A DNA stretch of 31,494 bases, taken from contig JACMMA010000503.1 in the NCBI GenBank assembly GCA_014379275.1, forward strand, positions 1 to 31,494, written 5' to 3'. This document shows positions 15,581 through 25,210 of this stretch, piece by piece. How positions within the stretch are numbered: position 1 is the stretch's first letter; every line of letters begins with the position of its first letter. The stretch is from Armatimonadota bacterium. Lineage in GTDB: Bacteria > Armatimonadota > Armatimonadia > Armatimonadales > Armatimonadaceae. The notes below the pieces were generated by a model. The model worked only from the letters and a program-made list of their open reading frames with translations. It made no database searches and had not been told where the DNA came from. Made by a program: the position numbers and the translations under genes.

Positions 15581-17821
15581 ATGAATGAACAATCCTTAGA
15601 CCTAAACGAAGCCCCCTCGATCAGTTTGCGCGAGTACGGCGACATCTTACGCCGTCGCCGAGCGATCATTCTGCAAGCATTTCTGTTTGTGCTGATCGTG
15701 GGCATTATTTGGACGGCGTTCCAAAGCAACGTCTACCGCACCTCCGCTCGTCTCCTGATCGAACCAACCACAAGCGGCATCAGCCTCAATAACAGTTCCG
15801 ACCCGTTGAACGAGTTGTTCCGGATCAGCGGGAGCTATAACATCGATACCCAGGTCGAACTGCTTCAAACGCCCGACATGCTGAGGAAAGTGGCTGACAA
15901 AGTGAAGGGCGGGTTACCTAGTTTTTCAGTGGACACCGTGCCGGGAACACAGATCATCCAGGTGACTGCGGAAAGCTCTGACCAAAACCTTGCCGCCGAC
16001 GCCACTAACACCTTGCTTGAAACGTACAAGGAAGACATGCAGCAGCGGCGTGACGCTGACCTCACCGCCGCACTGAAATTCGCCAAGGATGAGCTGGAAA
16101 AAGCGAAGACCACGGTCAACACCGCCGACAGAGACATCGCCGTTTTCAAGCGGAAGTTTAACGTAGTGGAGTTGGAGCAGAGCCGAAAATCAGCCGCCGA
16201 GGCGTACGACATAGCCAAAGGGCAATATAGTCAGATAGAGGGAGAGATCACCGCGCTACGAACCCGGATCGCATCCACCCAGAGCAACATCAGTTCGGTG
16301 CCGGCTATCTTGACGAACACGGTTTCGGCGGACGCCGATGCGCTTGTCCAATCGCTTCAGCTACGTATTGCCGACGCTGAAACCTCACGCAGAGTGTTAA
16401 GAACGGAATTTCAGCCGGGAAACGATCGCATCGTGCGGCTGGACAACGAAATCAACGACCTGCAAAAACGTCTCACCGCGGCGGAAAATTCTTATCTGAA
16501 GCGTACCGCGTCCAACAACCCCGTTTTCATGAATCTGCGAGATAGTTTGCTCGGCTTGAATACGGATGCCGTCGTGTTGAACCAGCGACTGCTGGACGCT
16601 TCTAAATCGATGAAGACGGCGACCGCGAGAATCGCCGAACTTCCTGCTTGGGAGCGAAAATACAATGAGTTGATTCGCACGAAGGAGAGCGCCGCCGGGA
16701 CTGTCGCGTCGTCGGGAGAGTATATCAACAACCTTGCGATGCGCATGCAGGCTCGCCCCCAATTGACTACCATCATCGATCGTGCGCAAGTACCCCAAGA
16801 GCCGATCAGCCCGAACCGTGCCCAGAATATCATCTTCGCCGGCATCATCGGTTTGTTCCTGGGACTTGGCCTCGCACTCCTCCAAGAACTGTTCGATGAC
16901 CGTATCAACTCCGCTGACGAAGCCGAACGCGTTTTGAAACTGCCCAGCCTCGGACATATCCCGCATATTGAGGAGGAGGGCTTGCGCCTGATCCGTGATA
17001 TTTCGACCTTCTCACCTTTGATGGAGGCGTACCGAACGCTGCGGACGAATATCAACTTCGCGGCGGTCGGTAACCAGGTCCGCTCGATGGTGGTTACGTC
17101 CTCCGTTCCCGCCGAGGGTAAGTCTACGACCTGTGCCAACCTGGCGATGGCGATGGCGATGGACGGCAAGAAAGTAATCATCGTGGACGCCGACTTGCGA
17201 CGCCCGAGTCAGCATCACCTTTTCAAGGTGGATGCCTCCCCAGGTCTGACGGATCTTTTGATCGGTTCGCACACGATTGACGAAGTGCTTCGCCCGACTT
17301 CCGTCGAGAATGTATTCCTGATTCCGGCGGGGTCGCCGCCGCCCAACCCTGCTGAGTTACTTGGCTCTGCCGCGATGGGACGCTTCCTGGCGGAGGTGGA
17401 AACCCGTGCCGATGTGATCCTGCTCGACACGCCGCCCGCTCTCGCGGTTGCCGATGCCACCGTGCTCGCCGCACGTACCGACGGGGCACTTCTGGTGATC
17501 GGTTACGGCGATACTAAGAAAACGTCGGTGAAGCGTGCGAAAGAAATGCTGGCACGCGGCAACGCGAATATCCTCGGCACCGTCCTGAACCGGATGGATG
17601 GCGCGGGAGGTGGCTACTATTACTACGGTAAATACTACATGGGAGCCGGATACGCCCCATATGCGCCGAATAGCAAAAAGGGTGGGTATGCCCCGGTGGG
17701 AAGTGGCAAGAAACGCTCCGATGTCGGCGGTTACGCTCCGGCGCGGGAAGATCGCAAACGAATAGAGAGCGGACAAAACACCGCCGTTGCAGATGCACCG
17801 GCAAACCAGGACGAATCGTAG
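15581..17821 (+). CDS. wzc: Polysaccharide co-polymerase/tyrosine autokinase (Wzc/GumC family)
   Basis: Two TMs flanking a coiled-coil domain. Walker A SSVPAEGKST, A' VIIVDADLRRP, B VILLDTPP, C-terminal YYYYGKYY cluster. Confidence 0.95.
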   Translation: MNEQSLDLNEAPSISLREYGDILRRRRAIILQAFLFVLIVGIIWTAFQSNVYRTSARLLIEPTTSGISLNNSSDPLNELFRISGSYNIDTQVELLQTPDMLRKVADKVKGGLPSFSVDTVPGTQIIQVTAESSDQNLAADATNTLLETYKEDMQQRRDADLTAALKFAKDELEKAKTTVNTADRDIAVFKRKFNVVELEQSRKSAAEAYDIAKGQYSQIEGEITALRTRIASTQSNISSVPAILTNTVSADADALVQSLQLRIADAETSRRVLRTEFQPGNDRIVRLDNEINDLQKRLTAAENSYLKRTASNNPVFMNLRDSLLGLNTDAVVLNQRLLDASKSMKTATARIAELPAWERKYNELIRTKESAAGTVASSGEYINNLAMRMQARPQLTTIIDRAQVPQEPISPNRAQNIIFAGIIGLFLGLGLALLQELFDDRINSADEAERVLKLPSLGHIPHIEEEGLRLIRDISTFSPLMEAYRTLRTNINFAAVGNQVRSMVVTSSVPAEGKSTTCANLAMAMAMDGKKVIIVDADLRRPSQHHLFKVDASPGLTDLLIGSHTIDEVLRPTSVENVFLIPAGSPPPNPAELLGSAAMGRFLAEVETRADVILLDTPPALAVADATVLAARTDGALLVIGYGDTKKTSVKRAKEMLARGNANILGTVLNRMDGAGGGYYYYGKYYMGAGYAPYAPNSKKGGYAPVGSGKKRSDVGGYAPAREDRKRIESGQNTAVADAPANQDES

Positions 17822-17843
17822 GATGCCGAGGAGTAGATATATC

Positions 17844-19112
17844 ATGAAAATTCAACGAAAAACCCTCCGTATTGCTGCAGTTATTGGCATCGGTATTGCA
17901 GCTGGCACTGTGGCGCGAGCGCAAGAAGTTTCCAAACCGGAAGCGGTTCCCGTTCCGCCCGCTTCCGCATCGGCACAGCCGTCTGCTCCGGCGCAGACTT
18001 TAAAGAAAACTGCCAAAGTCAAACCGGGTGAATATCGGATCAGTCGTGAAGACTCCATTTCCATCACCTGCTTGAACGATATTCAGTACAGCATAACGGC
18101 AACAGTGCTTCCAGACGGAACAATTTCGTACCCCAAAATGGGGCAGATCGCTGTCGCGGGGAAAACGCTTCGCGAGCTTGAATTGGTCATCACCAGGTTT
18201 CTTCTGAAGGAATTCGTCCGTCCGCAGATTTCTGTCGCGGTACGCGAGCGGCAGGTGCGGCAGATTGCGCTGACCGGTAGCGGGGTCAAAAGCACCGGCA
18301 AGCGTGTGATGCGTGACGGGTGGCGTGTTCGGGATGCGATCTCCGACGCGGGGGGACTGCTTTCCGACCGGACGGATCTTTTCACCGCTAAACTGATCCG
18401 TGACGAAACGAAAGAGATCATTCCGGTTGATCTCGTTGCCGCGTACAGCGACATCGAATCCGAGGCAAATCTGATCCTGGAACCGAACGATCTGCTGATC
18501 GTGGACGCTGCGGAGGAATCGAAATCTCAGGTGCTGGTAAGCGGCGAAGTGATGAAACCCGGCTTCGTAATTATTCCTCGCGACCGTACCATCAGTAAAG
18601 CACTGGAAAGTGCGGGCGGTCCCAAACCCGGTGCCCGTCTCTCAGAGGCGATCATTGAGCGCAATGGTGAGAAAATAACGGTAGACCTCCGCCAGTTGGT
18701 CAGTGTAGGTACCGAACCGGATCAGCGCTTGCAACCCGGCGATAAGCTGGTGGTTCCGGAAAATAAAAACGTCTATTATCTCGTAGGGGCGGTGGGGCGG
18801 CAAGGTGCGACGCTTATCCCCGATGACCGACCGATGACGCTGGTTCGTGCTTTGTCCGATGCGAATGTCCCTCTGCAGAATGCGGAGACTAAGAAGACAC
18901 AGATAGTCCGTGAGAACTCAGACGGCACACAAACCGCTACTATCGTCGACGTCGAGCAGATTCTGAAGGACGCTGATTACAGCAAGGACGTCAAACTCCA
19001 ACCGGGCGATATCGTATATGTGCCGTACAAAAAAGGGCGCAAATTTGGTTTGATGGATGGGGTCAGTACCCTGGGTAGCATAGCGGGTTTACGTTTCCTG
19101 TTCTTCCGATGA
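17844..19112 (+). CDS. wza: Polysaccharide export protein (OPX/Wza family, SLBB repeats)
   Basis: Poly_export motif (VLPDGTISYPKMGQIAVAGKTLREL), three SLBB-like repeats (L.PGD...VP), amphipathic C-terminal helix. ATG17844 with GAGGAG. Confidence 0.9.
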   Translation: MKIQRKTLRIAAVIGIGIAAGTVARAQEVSKPEAVPVPPASASAQPSAPAQTLKKTAKVKPGEYRISREDSISITCLNDIQYSITATVLPDGTISYPKMGQIAVAGKTLRELELVITRFLLKEFVRPQISVAVRERQVRQIALTGSGVKSTGKRVMRDGWRVRDAISDAGGLLSDRTDLFTAKLIRDETKEIIPVDLVAAYSDIESEANLILEPNDLLIVDAAEESKSQVLVSGEVMKPGFVIIPRDRTISKALESAGGPKPGARLSEAIIERNGEKITVDLRQLVSVGTEPDQRLQPGDKLVVPENKNVYYLVGAVGRQGATLIPDDRPMTLVRALSDANVPLQNAETKKTQIVRENSDGTQTATIVDVEQILKDADYSKDVKLQPGDIVYVPYKKGRKFGLMDGVSTLGSIAGLRFLFFR

Positions 19113-19226
19113 TCTTACCTGGGCGCGTTGGAGCCTGCGAGAGAGCGAAAGTCTGCTAAAGCTACCGCCTCCTGCTCGCTCCCCCGCCGATGGGCTTGAC
19201 GCCGCACTCATTTTTCGCCAAAAGCC

Positions 19227-20954
19227 ATGTCTATTCCCTTTCCTCTGGATAATACAACACCAACGCAAGGTACTCCCCCCCTAGCCCCGCAACCGGATGT
19301 GCCTATGAAGCCATTCCGGGCAGCGATAGCGCCGAAAAAAACGTCCTCCATTGACCCCAATGTGTTGCGCGCTTTATACGATGACAACAAGGAGTTGAAG
19401 CGGGCGTTGCAATACGGATTGGTCGCGACATGTATCATTGCGGGTTCGATCATCGCCAAAACGGGCTTCACCTATGCGACACTTGCGTTGATGGTCGTCG
19501 CCATTTTCGGCCTCGCCCTGACGAACACGTGGAACGCGATCCTGCTGTTCACCGTGTACCTGTCGCTGGAAGGCATGTACAAATACACCTCTAACTTTAG
19601 CCAGTTTGTTTACATAGTAGCACCGCTATTGTCGGCGACTATTTTTGTGGCATGGGGTATCCGGACCCGGAGCGAAGCGGAGCGAAAGGAAGCGAACCAG
19701 GGCAAGGCAGACCTACCAGCGAAGAACTCGCTGTTCCAAAACCAATCGGGGAAGGATGAAATCGGTCTACCGAAGCTTGCCCCACTGGTGTTCGCTTTAA
19801 TCGCGCTCAGTTTTCTGCAGGCCGCGAACCCGGATTCGCCCGGTATTGTCAACTCGCTCAACGGCGCTATCGTCTGGTATATCGGTCCGCTATCGTTTTT
19901 CTTCATCACTTACTATACGCTGAGGCACCGCACGGAAGCGATGGGCTTCATCTATACGATGGTCGTGACCGGTTTCATCGTTTCTGCGTACGCGGTCATA
20001 CAGTTTTACCTTGGGAAAGCATGGGTTGACTCACATGTTCCCGGCATGCAAAACATGGCATCCATGAGTTATGCCCTGATCGGAGGCGTTGGTCCTGCCG
20101 AAGAGGGTGCGTATCGACCTGCGTCTACTGCGCCCATTGCAGGTGGATATGTTGTCGCCTCAAGTTTATCGATGCTGGCTGCACTGTGTGTTGCAACGAT
20201 TCCGCGGATGGCAGTATGGCGCAGGACGGCAGCGTTGTTATCTACAACGGTGCTGGCGATGGCGCTCGCTGTCTCCAGCGTGCGCCTTGTAGCCTTGAGC
20301 TTACTTGTCGCGATTCCGGTACTCCTGTCTCTTTCCGCACGCCGTTTCGAAGATACCATTCGCATATATTTCATGATATTCACTCTCGGGGCATTGCTTA
20401 CCACTTCGTTTGTGGTTGCTGATATCACTGCTAATGGGAAATTGTCGAGGCGGTATGGCAGTGTGTTCACGAGCAACCCGTTAAGTTCTTATGGGAAAAA
20501 CCGGGGGGGAAGTTTGTCGTATGTTCCTAGGGCGATCGCAATCAGACCTTTCGGCATCGGGATCCGGCGTGGCACCAGAGGCTCTGCTGATATGATTCGT
20601 GGTAAGGACGTCGGAATCTTGAACGACCGGGAAACGCAGTGGAACTCGATTCATGCCGACCTCGGCGTTTTCGGTTTGTTGTCCCTGGCGGCGTTCTTTA
20701 TCGGCACACTCACATATGGTCTGCGGATCTGTCGCACCCTACCCGATCGCAATCTTCGTTCGGTAGCAGTACTGATGTATGTCATCATCCTCTTCGACGT
20801 GATTTTATCGTTCGGCAGTCCGATATTGCAGGCCAACTATATCTTTTGGTCCGCGTGTGGTGTCTTGTTCGCATTGCCACGGCTAGCCGCCGAGGAGCGT
20901 AAAATTCTGATGCAATCAACGGTAACGAGCAACCTGGATAGCAAAGTTTCATAG
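19227..20954 (+). CDS. Wzy-like polysaccharide polymerase / O-antigen ligase superfamily membrane protein
   Basis: About 12 TMs, YRPAST loop, SSVR, large loop ending RPFGIG...ETQW..I.ADLGVFG. Located directly after wzc-wza. Confidence 0.75.
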   Translation: MSIPFPLDNTTPTQGTPPLAPQPDVPMKPFRAAIAPKKTSSIDPNVLRALYDDNKELKRALQYGLVATCIIAGSIIAKTGFTYATLALMVVAIFGLALTNTWNAILLFTVYLSLEGMYKYTSNFSQFVYIVAPLLSATIFVAWGIRTRSEAERKEANQGKADLPAKNSLFQNQSGKDEIGLPKLAPLVFALIALSFLQAANPDSPGIVNSLNGAIVWYIGPLSFFFITYYTLRHRTEAMGFIYTMVVTGFIVSAYAVIQFYLGKAWVDSHVPGMQNMASMSYALIGGVGPAEEGAYRPASTAPIAGGYVVASSLSMLAALCVATIPRMAVWRRTAALLSTTVLAMALAVSSVRLVALSLLVAIPVLLSLSARRFEDTIRIYFMIFTLGALLTTSFVVADITANGKLSRRYGSVFTSNPLSSYGKNRGGSLSYVPRAIAIRPFGIGIRRGTRGSADMIRGKDVGILNDRETQWNSIHADLGVFGLLSLAAFFIGTLTYGLRICRTLPDRNLRSVAVLMYVIILFDVILSFGSPILQANYIFWSACGVLFALPRLAAEERKILMQSTVTSNLDSKVS

Positions 20955-21137
20955 CGCTTTTATGAGATGTAGGTTGCTCACGGCGGCGGCGACCGGTTTT
21001 GCCTGGAGTAATGAAAAAACCTTTGAAGCCCACCCCGTCGTTAACCGGCGGGATCGGCATGGACATCAAATTATTCGGGCTATAGAGACTAGCGAGCGTC
21101 CCTGCGTCTAGCATCTCGGGTACAAAACAAAGATTTT

Positions 21138-22226
21138 ATGGTTAACAGTAATATCGTTGCGAGGAAGGGGGATTCCTTGCGTATCGCGCTCCTTCATGCA
21201 GACTTGCCGAATGAAAGCAAGGGAGGAGTGGCACATCAGACGCACCACCTTGCCAACAGTTTTGTCGAACGGGGACACAGCGTGACGGTGATTACGTTCA
21301 GTCCATCATTCGACGAATGCCTGTATGCGGTAGAAACGATATCGCGTCCGAATATCCCGCGTGCGGCGGACTCGTTCGGGTACGCTTTCGCACTGACCCG
21401 CGTTGATTTTTCGCGATTCGATATTATTCACGCGATGGGTGACAATTATCTGATAGGTTCGAACAACCGGCCCCCGTTAGTGCGTACGATGCACGGATCC
21501 GCGAAAGACGAATTGCGAACCGCCGAATCTCTTAAACGCAAGCTCTTTCAGGCGGTCCTGGTTCCTTTAGAAACTCTCGGCGCGGTCCGCGCCGACTACG
21601 TCACCGGGATTTCGGAGGCGACGCGAGCTAGAGTCCCACAGGTACGGGAGATTATAGCGAACGGGGTGGACTTGGGGCGGTTTACGCCTGCGGCATTGAC
21701 GAACAAAGAATCCGCCCCGACGCTTCTGTTCGTAGGAACGAAGACCGGTCGAAAAAGGGGGCAATGGCTCGCAGATATGTGGTCGCGTGATATTAAACCT
21801 TTTTTACCGGAGGGTGCGACGCTCTGGTCTGTGGCTGATGCGCCACTGGAAGGCGACGGCATCGTTAACCACGGTCGTGTCCCGCTCGAAACGCTGACGA
21901 ATCTATTCCGCCGCGCATGGGCATTCTGTCTACCAAGTACGTACGAAGGCTTCGGCGTGCCCTACATCGAAGCGTTCGCATCCGGCACAGCGGTGATCGC
22001 AAGTCCTAACCCCGGCGCGGTCGAGGTCACGCAAAATGGCAAGTTCGGTATAGTGGCACAGGATGACCGGATTGCCGGGGAGATCGTGTCTGTGCTGACC
22101 GATGCAAGCCGCCGGGATGCACTGGTTCAAGCCGGGTTGCGACGCGTCACAGAGTACGATTGGCAGCGCATTTCGGCTCAGTATGAGGAAATTTTCCACT
22201 CGCTGATCGGGGCGCGAAAGCATTAA
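21138..22226 (+). CDS. GT4 glycosyltransferase
   Basis: DIIHAMG, NGVDL..F, EGFGVPYIE (Ex7E). Confidence 0.92.
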   Translation: MVNSNIVARKGDSLRIALLHADLPNESKGGVAHQTHHLANSFVERGHSVTVITFSPSFDECLYAVETISRPNIPRAADSFGYAFALTRVDFSRFDIIHAMGDNYLIGSNNRPPLVRTMHGSAKDELRTAESLKRKLFQAVLVPLETLGAVRADYVTGISEATRARVPQVREIIANGVDLGRFTPAALTNKESAPTLLFVGTKTGRKRGQWLADMWSRDIKPFLPEGATLWSVADAPLEGDGIVNHGRVPLETLTNLFRRAWAFCLPSTYEGFGVPYIEAFASGTAVIASPNPGAVEVTQNGKFGIVAQDDRIAGEIVSVLTDASRRDALVQAGLRRVTEYDWQRISAQYEEIFHSLIGARKH

Positions 22227-22343
22227 ACGTCCCCCAACCACGAGCGGCGACGTATCCGCGGTGTTTCGTAGAGACCGCCCGGAAATGGGCAGCCCCTTCG
22301 CCGTGGGGTATACGACAGAAAACATGCAGGAGCAGCCACAACA

Positions 22344-24104
22344 ATGTCTCAAAATATTGATACGATGGGGTCTCCCTCGAACATGTATAATCATAGCGAT
22401 GAAATAAAGATCGACATGCCAAAAGAAGTGCCGCCCGTACATTCCGATCGGGATGGTGATGCCATCGGCATGCCGTCCGTTGCGACGAACCCGATCACTG
22501 ACACACCCTGGTTCCGCCTACTCTTTTGGGGTGGACTGGTGGTCGGCGCGGCGCTGCTTTTGCTTTTCCCCCTGGCGAAGCCACTTTGGACAGACGAAGT
22601 CATCAGCCTCTGGTGGGGCGAAAGCTCACTACAGCGCATGGCTGCAGGCAAAGCGACGTCGCGGGATCATACGCCCACGCATGCATTCATCCTGTACATG
22701 ACGCGGTATTTCTTCGGTGACAACTTATCCGCGTACCGCCTCGTTTCCGCGTTGCCTGCCATGTTCACGCCGTATATCGCCTTCCTACTTGGTCGGCGCG
22801 TGAATCTCAATGTAGGCCTACTCGCTTTATGGCTTGTCGCGCTGGCACCGGGAAGCGTGCTGTTCGATAGGATGGCACGCTATCACGCCTTGCTCGCGCT
22901 TCTCGTGACATGGAGCACTTATCTGTTCCTCCGCTGTCTCGGTACCGGCAAGAAAAAATTGGTCGTCGGGTACACCGTCGTGACACTGGCTATGTTGATG
23001 GTGTATGTGCCGAGCCTGTTCGTGGTTGTCGGGCATTTCCTGACGCTCGCCCTGAATTGGAAACGGGAAAAACATGCCTGGAAGGCGTTCATCGCGATGG
23101 TGATTTGCGGCGCCTGCCTTCTGCCAGTTCTTCTCTGGCAGATGGACCCAAGCACCGGGATGGTTTCAGGGGGTGTATCGGTCGAGAATCCTGAGATCGG
23201 TCAGGGGGTCGGGGGGTTCATACGGCGTGTCGCGTTACCGGTGTACGTTTATTGTGTCGGGGAGACGGTGTATCCCTGGTCCTGGGCAGCCTCGATTCCC
23301 GGCGTGGTTATCGCTCTGGTCTCCTTCTGCATAGGAACGATGTATGTGCGACGCACGCGGGACATCGTTCTGCCCATAGTTCTCGTTGTTACGACGTTCA
23401 TGTTCGCCCTGGCCACGAGCGGCAAGATCGGTGCACTACAAACATTCGGAAGCATGGGCAAGCGGAACGCATTTCTAATCCCTTTGTTCTGCGTGACCGT
23501 GGCAACCGGGTTGATGGCGCTACGGACACGTGCTTTACGGATCACCTTGACCGCAATACTGTTCGCAGTGTGGGGATACGCTAACTTTAACTACTGGACC
23601 GGGCGCGAATTTTTAAACCCCACTTACACTGCTCCCTGGAACGCGGTAATGAGTCGCATGGAAGCCGAGGGGTTGCGCGAAAATGCAATGATCATCACGG
23701 ACGAGGATGTGATTGATTATACGCTAGGCCGTGGGAAAAGCGAAGTGCCCATAGTCATGCCCCAGTCCCCAGGGGTTGGTGGGTGGGGAAAGGTTGACAT
23801 AACCATGGCACTCGCCGCAGAGCGGAAAGGCGGTCGCCGCTATATCTATTTTATCGGGCGGGACCGGGGGAACCGGATCGCGGTTGATCTAGGTGACAAA
23901 GTCTGCGAAGCCCTCGCGGAGAAATATACGTGTGTTTACGCGGGCGGATACATGAAGCGGAGTGAAACCGAGAAATACTGGCTCGAGAAAGTTCTCAAAC
24001 GACCGACGCCTCCCTATTACATCTGGATAAAGCGATTCGATACCGAGTCCCCAGCGGATCGCCTCTCCGTCACCGGAAACGAATCGGGTAAACTTCACCC
24101 ATGA
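22344..24104 (+). CDS. GT-C fold membrane glycosyltransferase (GT39/GT83 ArnT/PMT-like)
   Basis: LWTDE after TM1, RYHALL, more than 10 TMs, soluble C-terminal domain. RBS AGGAG. Confidence 0.8.
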   Translation: MSQNIDTMGSPSNMYNHSDEIKIDMPKEVPPVHSDRDGDAIGMPSVATNPITDTPWFRLLFWGGLVVGAALLLLFPLAKPLWTDEVISLWWGESSLQRMAAGKATSRDHTPTHAFILYMTRYFFGDNLSAYRLVSALPAMFTPYIAFLLGRRVNLNVGLLALWLVALAPGSVLFDRMARYHALLALLVTWSTYLFLRCLGTGKKKLVVGYTVVTLAMLMVYVPSLFVVVGHFLTLALNWKREKHAWKAFIAMVICGACLLPVLLWQMDPSTGMVSGGVSVENPEIGQGVGGFIRRVALPVYVYCVGETVYPWSWAASIPGVVIALVSFCIGTMYVRRTRDIVLPIVLVVTTFMFALATSGKIGALQTFGSMGKRNAFLIPLFCVTVATGLMALRTRALRITLTAILFAVWGYANFNYWTGREFLNPTYTAPWNAVMSRMEAEGLRENAMIITDEDVIDYTLGRGKSEVPIVMPQSPGVGGWGKVDITMALAAERKGGRRYIYFIGRDRGNRIAVDLGDKVCEALAEKYTCVYAGGYMKRSETEKYWLEKVLKRPTPPYYIWIKRFDTESPADRLSVTGNESGKLHP

Positions 24105-25210
24105 ACGCCGTGCTGGAAATGGCAGAAACGCCGGGGACATACTCCGACCGTCCGACGATCATCTCTTCTTTGACGACAAAGTTGTCGGGGCGTACCAAAA
24201 CGCATCCCCGGTTATCGCTCGTGTTTCCTATCTACAACGAATCGCAAGCCATACCCCATCTGCTTGCGCGCGTAGACCTGGTCGTCGCGGAACTTTCCCG
24301 GGGCGCAAACGTGGAAGGCTCTGCGGAAACATTGCCGTCGCTCTCCGTGGAAGTGCTTTGTGTCAACGACGGATCGCGTGATGATTCGCTCGCGCAGTTG
24401 GTCGCCGCAACGCAGACGCGCGCCTATCTGCGAGTGATAAATTTTTCCCGTAACTTCGGGCATCAGGCGGCGGTCACTGCGGGGATGCATCATGCGACGG
24501 GCGACGCCGTCGCGCTTCTGGATGCCGACCTGCAGGATCCTCCCGAACTGCTGGCGAAAATGATTGCCCGCTGGCTTGCCGGTGCCGACGTAGTGTACGC
24601 GGTTCGCACCAAACGGGAGGGAGAGAGCGCGTTCAAAAAGTGGACAGCGAGCCAGTTCTACATCCTGCTACGCCGCTTGACCAACGTGGATATTCCCGCG
24701 GATACGGGCGACTTTCGTTTGATGGACCGACGCGTGGTGAACGCTCTGAACCAGATGAACGAATCGCACCGGTTCTTGCGCGGGATGAGCGCGTGGGTAG
24801 GCTTCCGGCAAGAGCCGATTTATTATGAGCGCCCGGCGCGCGTAGCCGGCGAAACGAAATATCCTTTGGGTAAAATGTTGCGCTTCGCGATGGATGCGTT
24901 AACCTCGTTCTCGGACGCGCCACTCAAACTTGCCACCAACATCGGAGTCATCACCGCTTTGTTCGCTTTGCTCTACGGCGGTATAACCATCGTCCGTTAC
25001 TTCACGAATCACGGCGAATGGCAAGCAGGGTGGGCGAGTATCATCGCGCTGTTGACCTTTTTATCCGGAATACAACTGATCACGCTCGGGCTGGTTGGCG
25101 AGTACATCGGGCGCATTTATGACGAAGTCAAACGACGCCCGCTATATCTGATCGCCGACGAACATAATGGCGCGGAGCAACAACCGCCTCCGGTCGAGAA
25201 CGAAACGTGA
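24101..25210 (+). CDS. GT2 polyprenol-phosphate glycosyltransferase (GtrB/ArnC/CsbB-like)
   Basis: PIYNE, VNDGSRD, FSRNFGHQAA, DADLQDPPE, GDFRLMDR, two C-terminal TMs, IGRIYDEVKRRPLY. ATGA overlap with the GT-C gene. Confidence 0.95.
   Translation: MNAVLEMAETPGTYSDRPTIISSLTTKLSGRTKTHPRLSLVFPIYNESQAIPHLLARVDLVVAELSRGANVEGSAETLPSLSVEVLCVNDGSRDDSLAQLVAATQTRAYLRVINFSRNFGHQAAVTAGMHHATGDAVALLDADLQDPPELLAKMIARWLAGADVVYAVRTKREGESAFKKWTASQFYILLRRLTNVDIPADTGDFRLMDRRVVNALNQMNESHRFLRGMSAWVGFRQEPIYYERPARVAGETKYPLGKMLRFAMDALTSFSDAPLKLATNIGVITALFALLYGGITIVRYFTNHGEWQAGWASIIALLTFLSGIQLITLGLVGEYIGRIYDEVKRRPLYLIADEHNGAEQQPPPVENET

Noticed and set aside
15224-19169. ops-like GGCGGTAG octamers (CTACCGCC at 15224-31 and 19162-69), both intergenic
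   Set aside because: Both are on the template-opposite orientation for the operon and lack the nnTG extension. ops must be on the non-template strand, so they are not called, although the intergenic placement is curious.
21011-21085. 24-codon ORF MKKPLKPTPSLTGGIGMDIKLFGL with GGAG upstream
   Set aside because: Only a weak SD supports it and it has no recognisable features. It may be chance in an intergenic gap.
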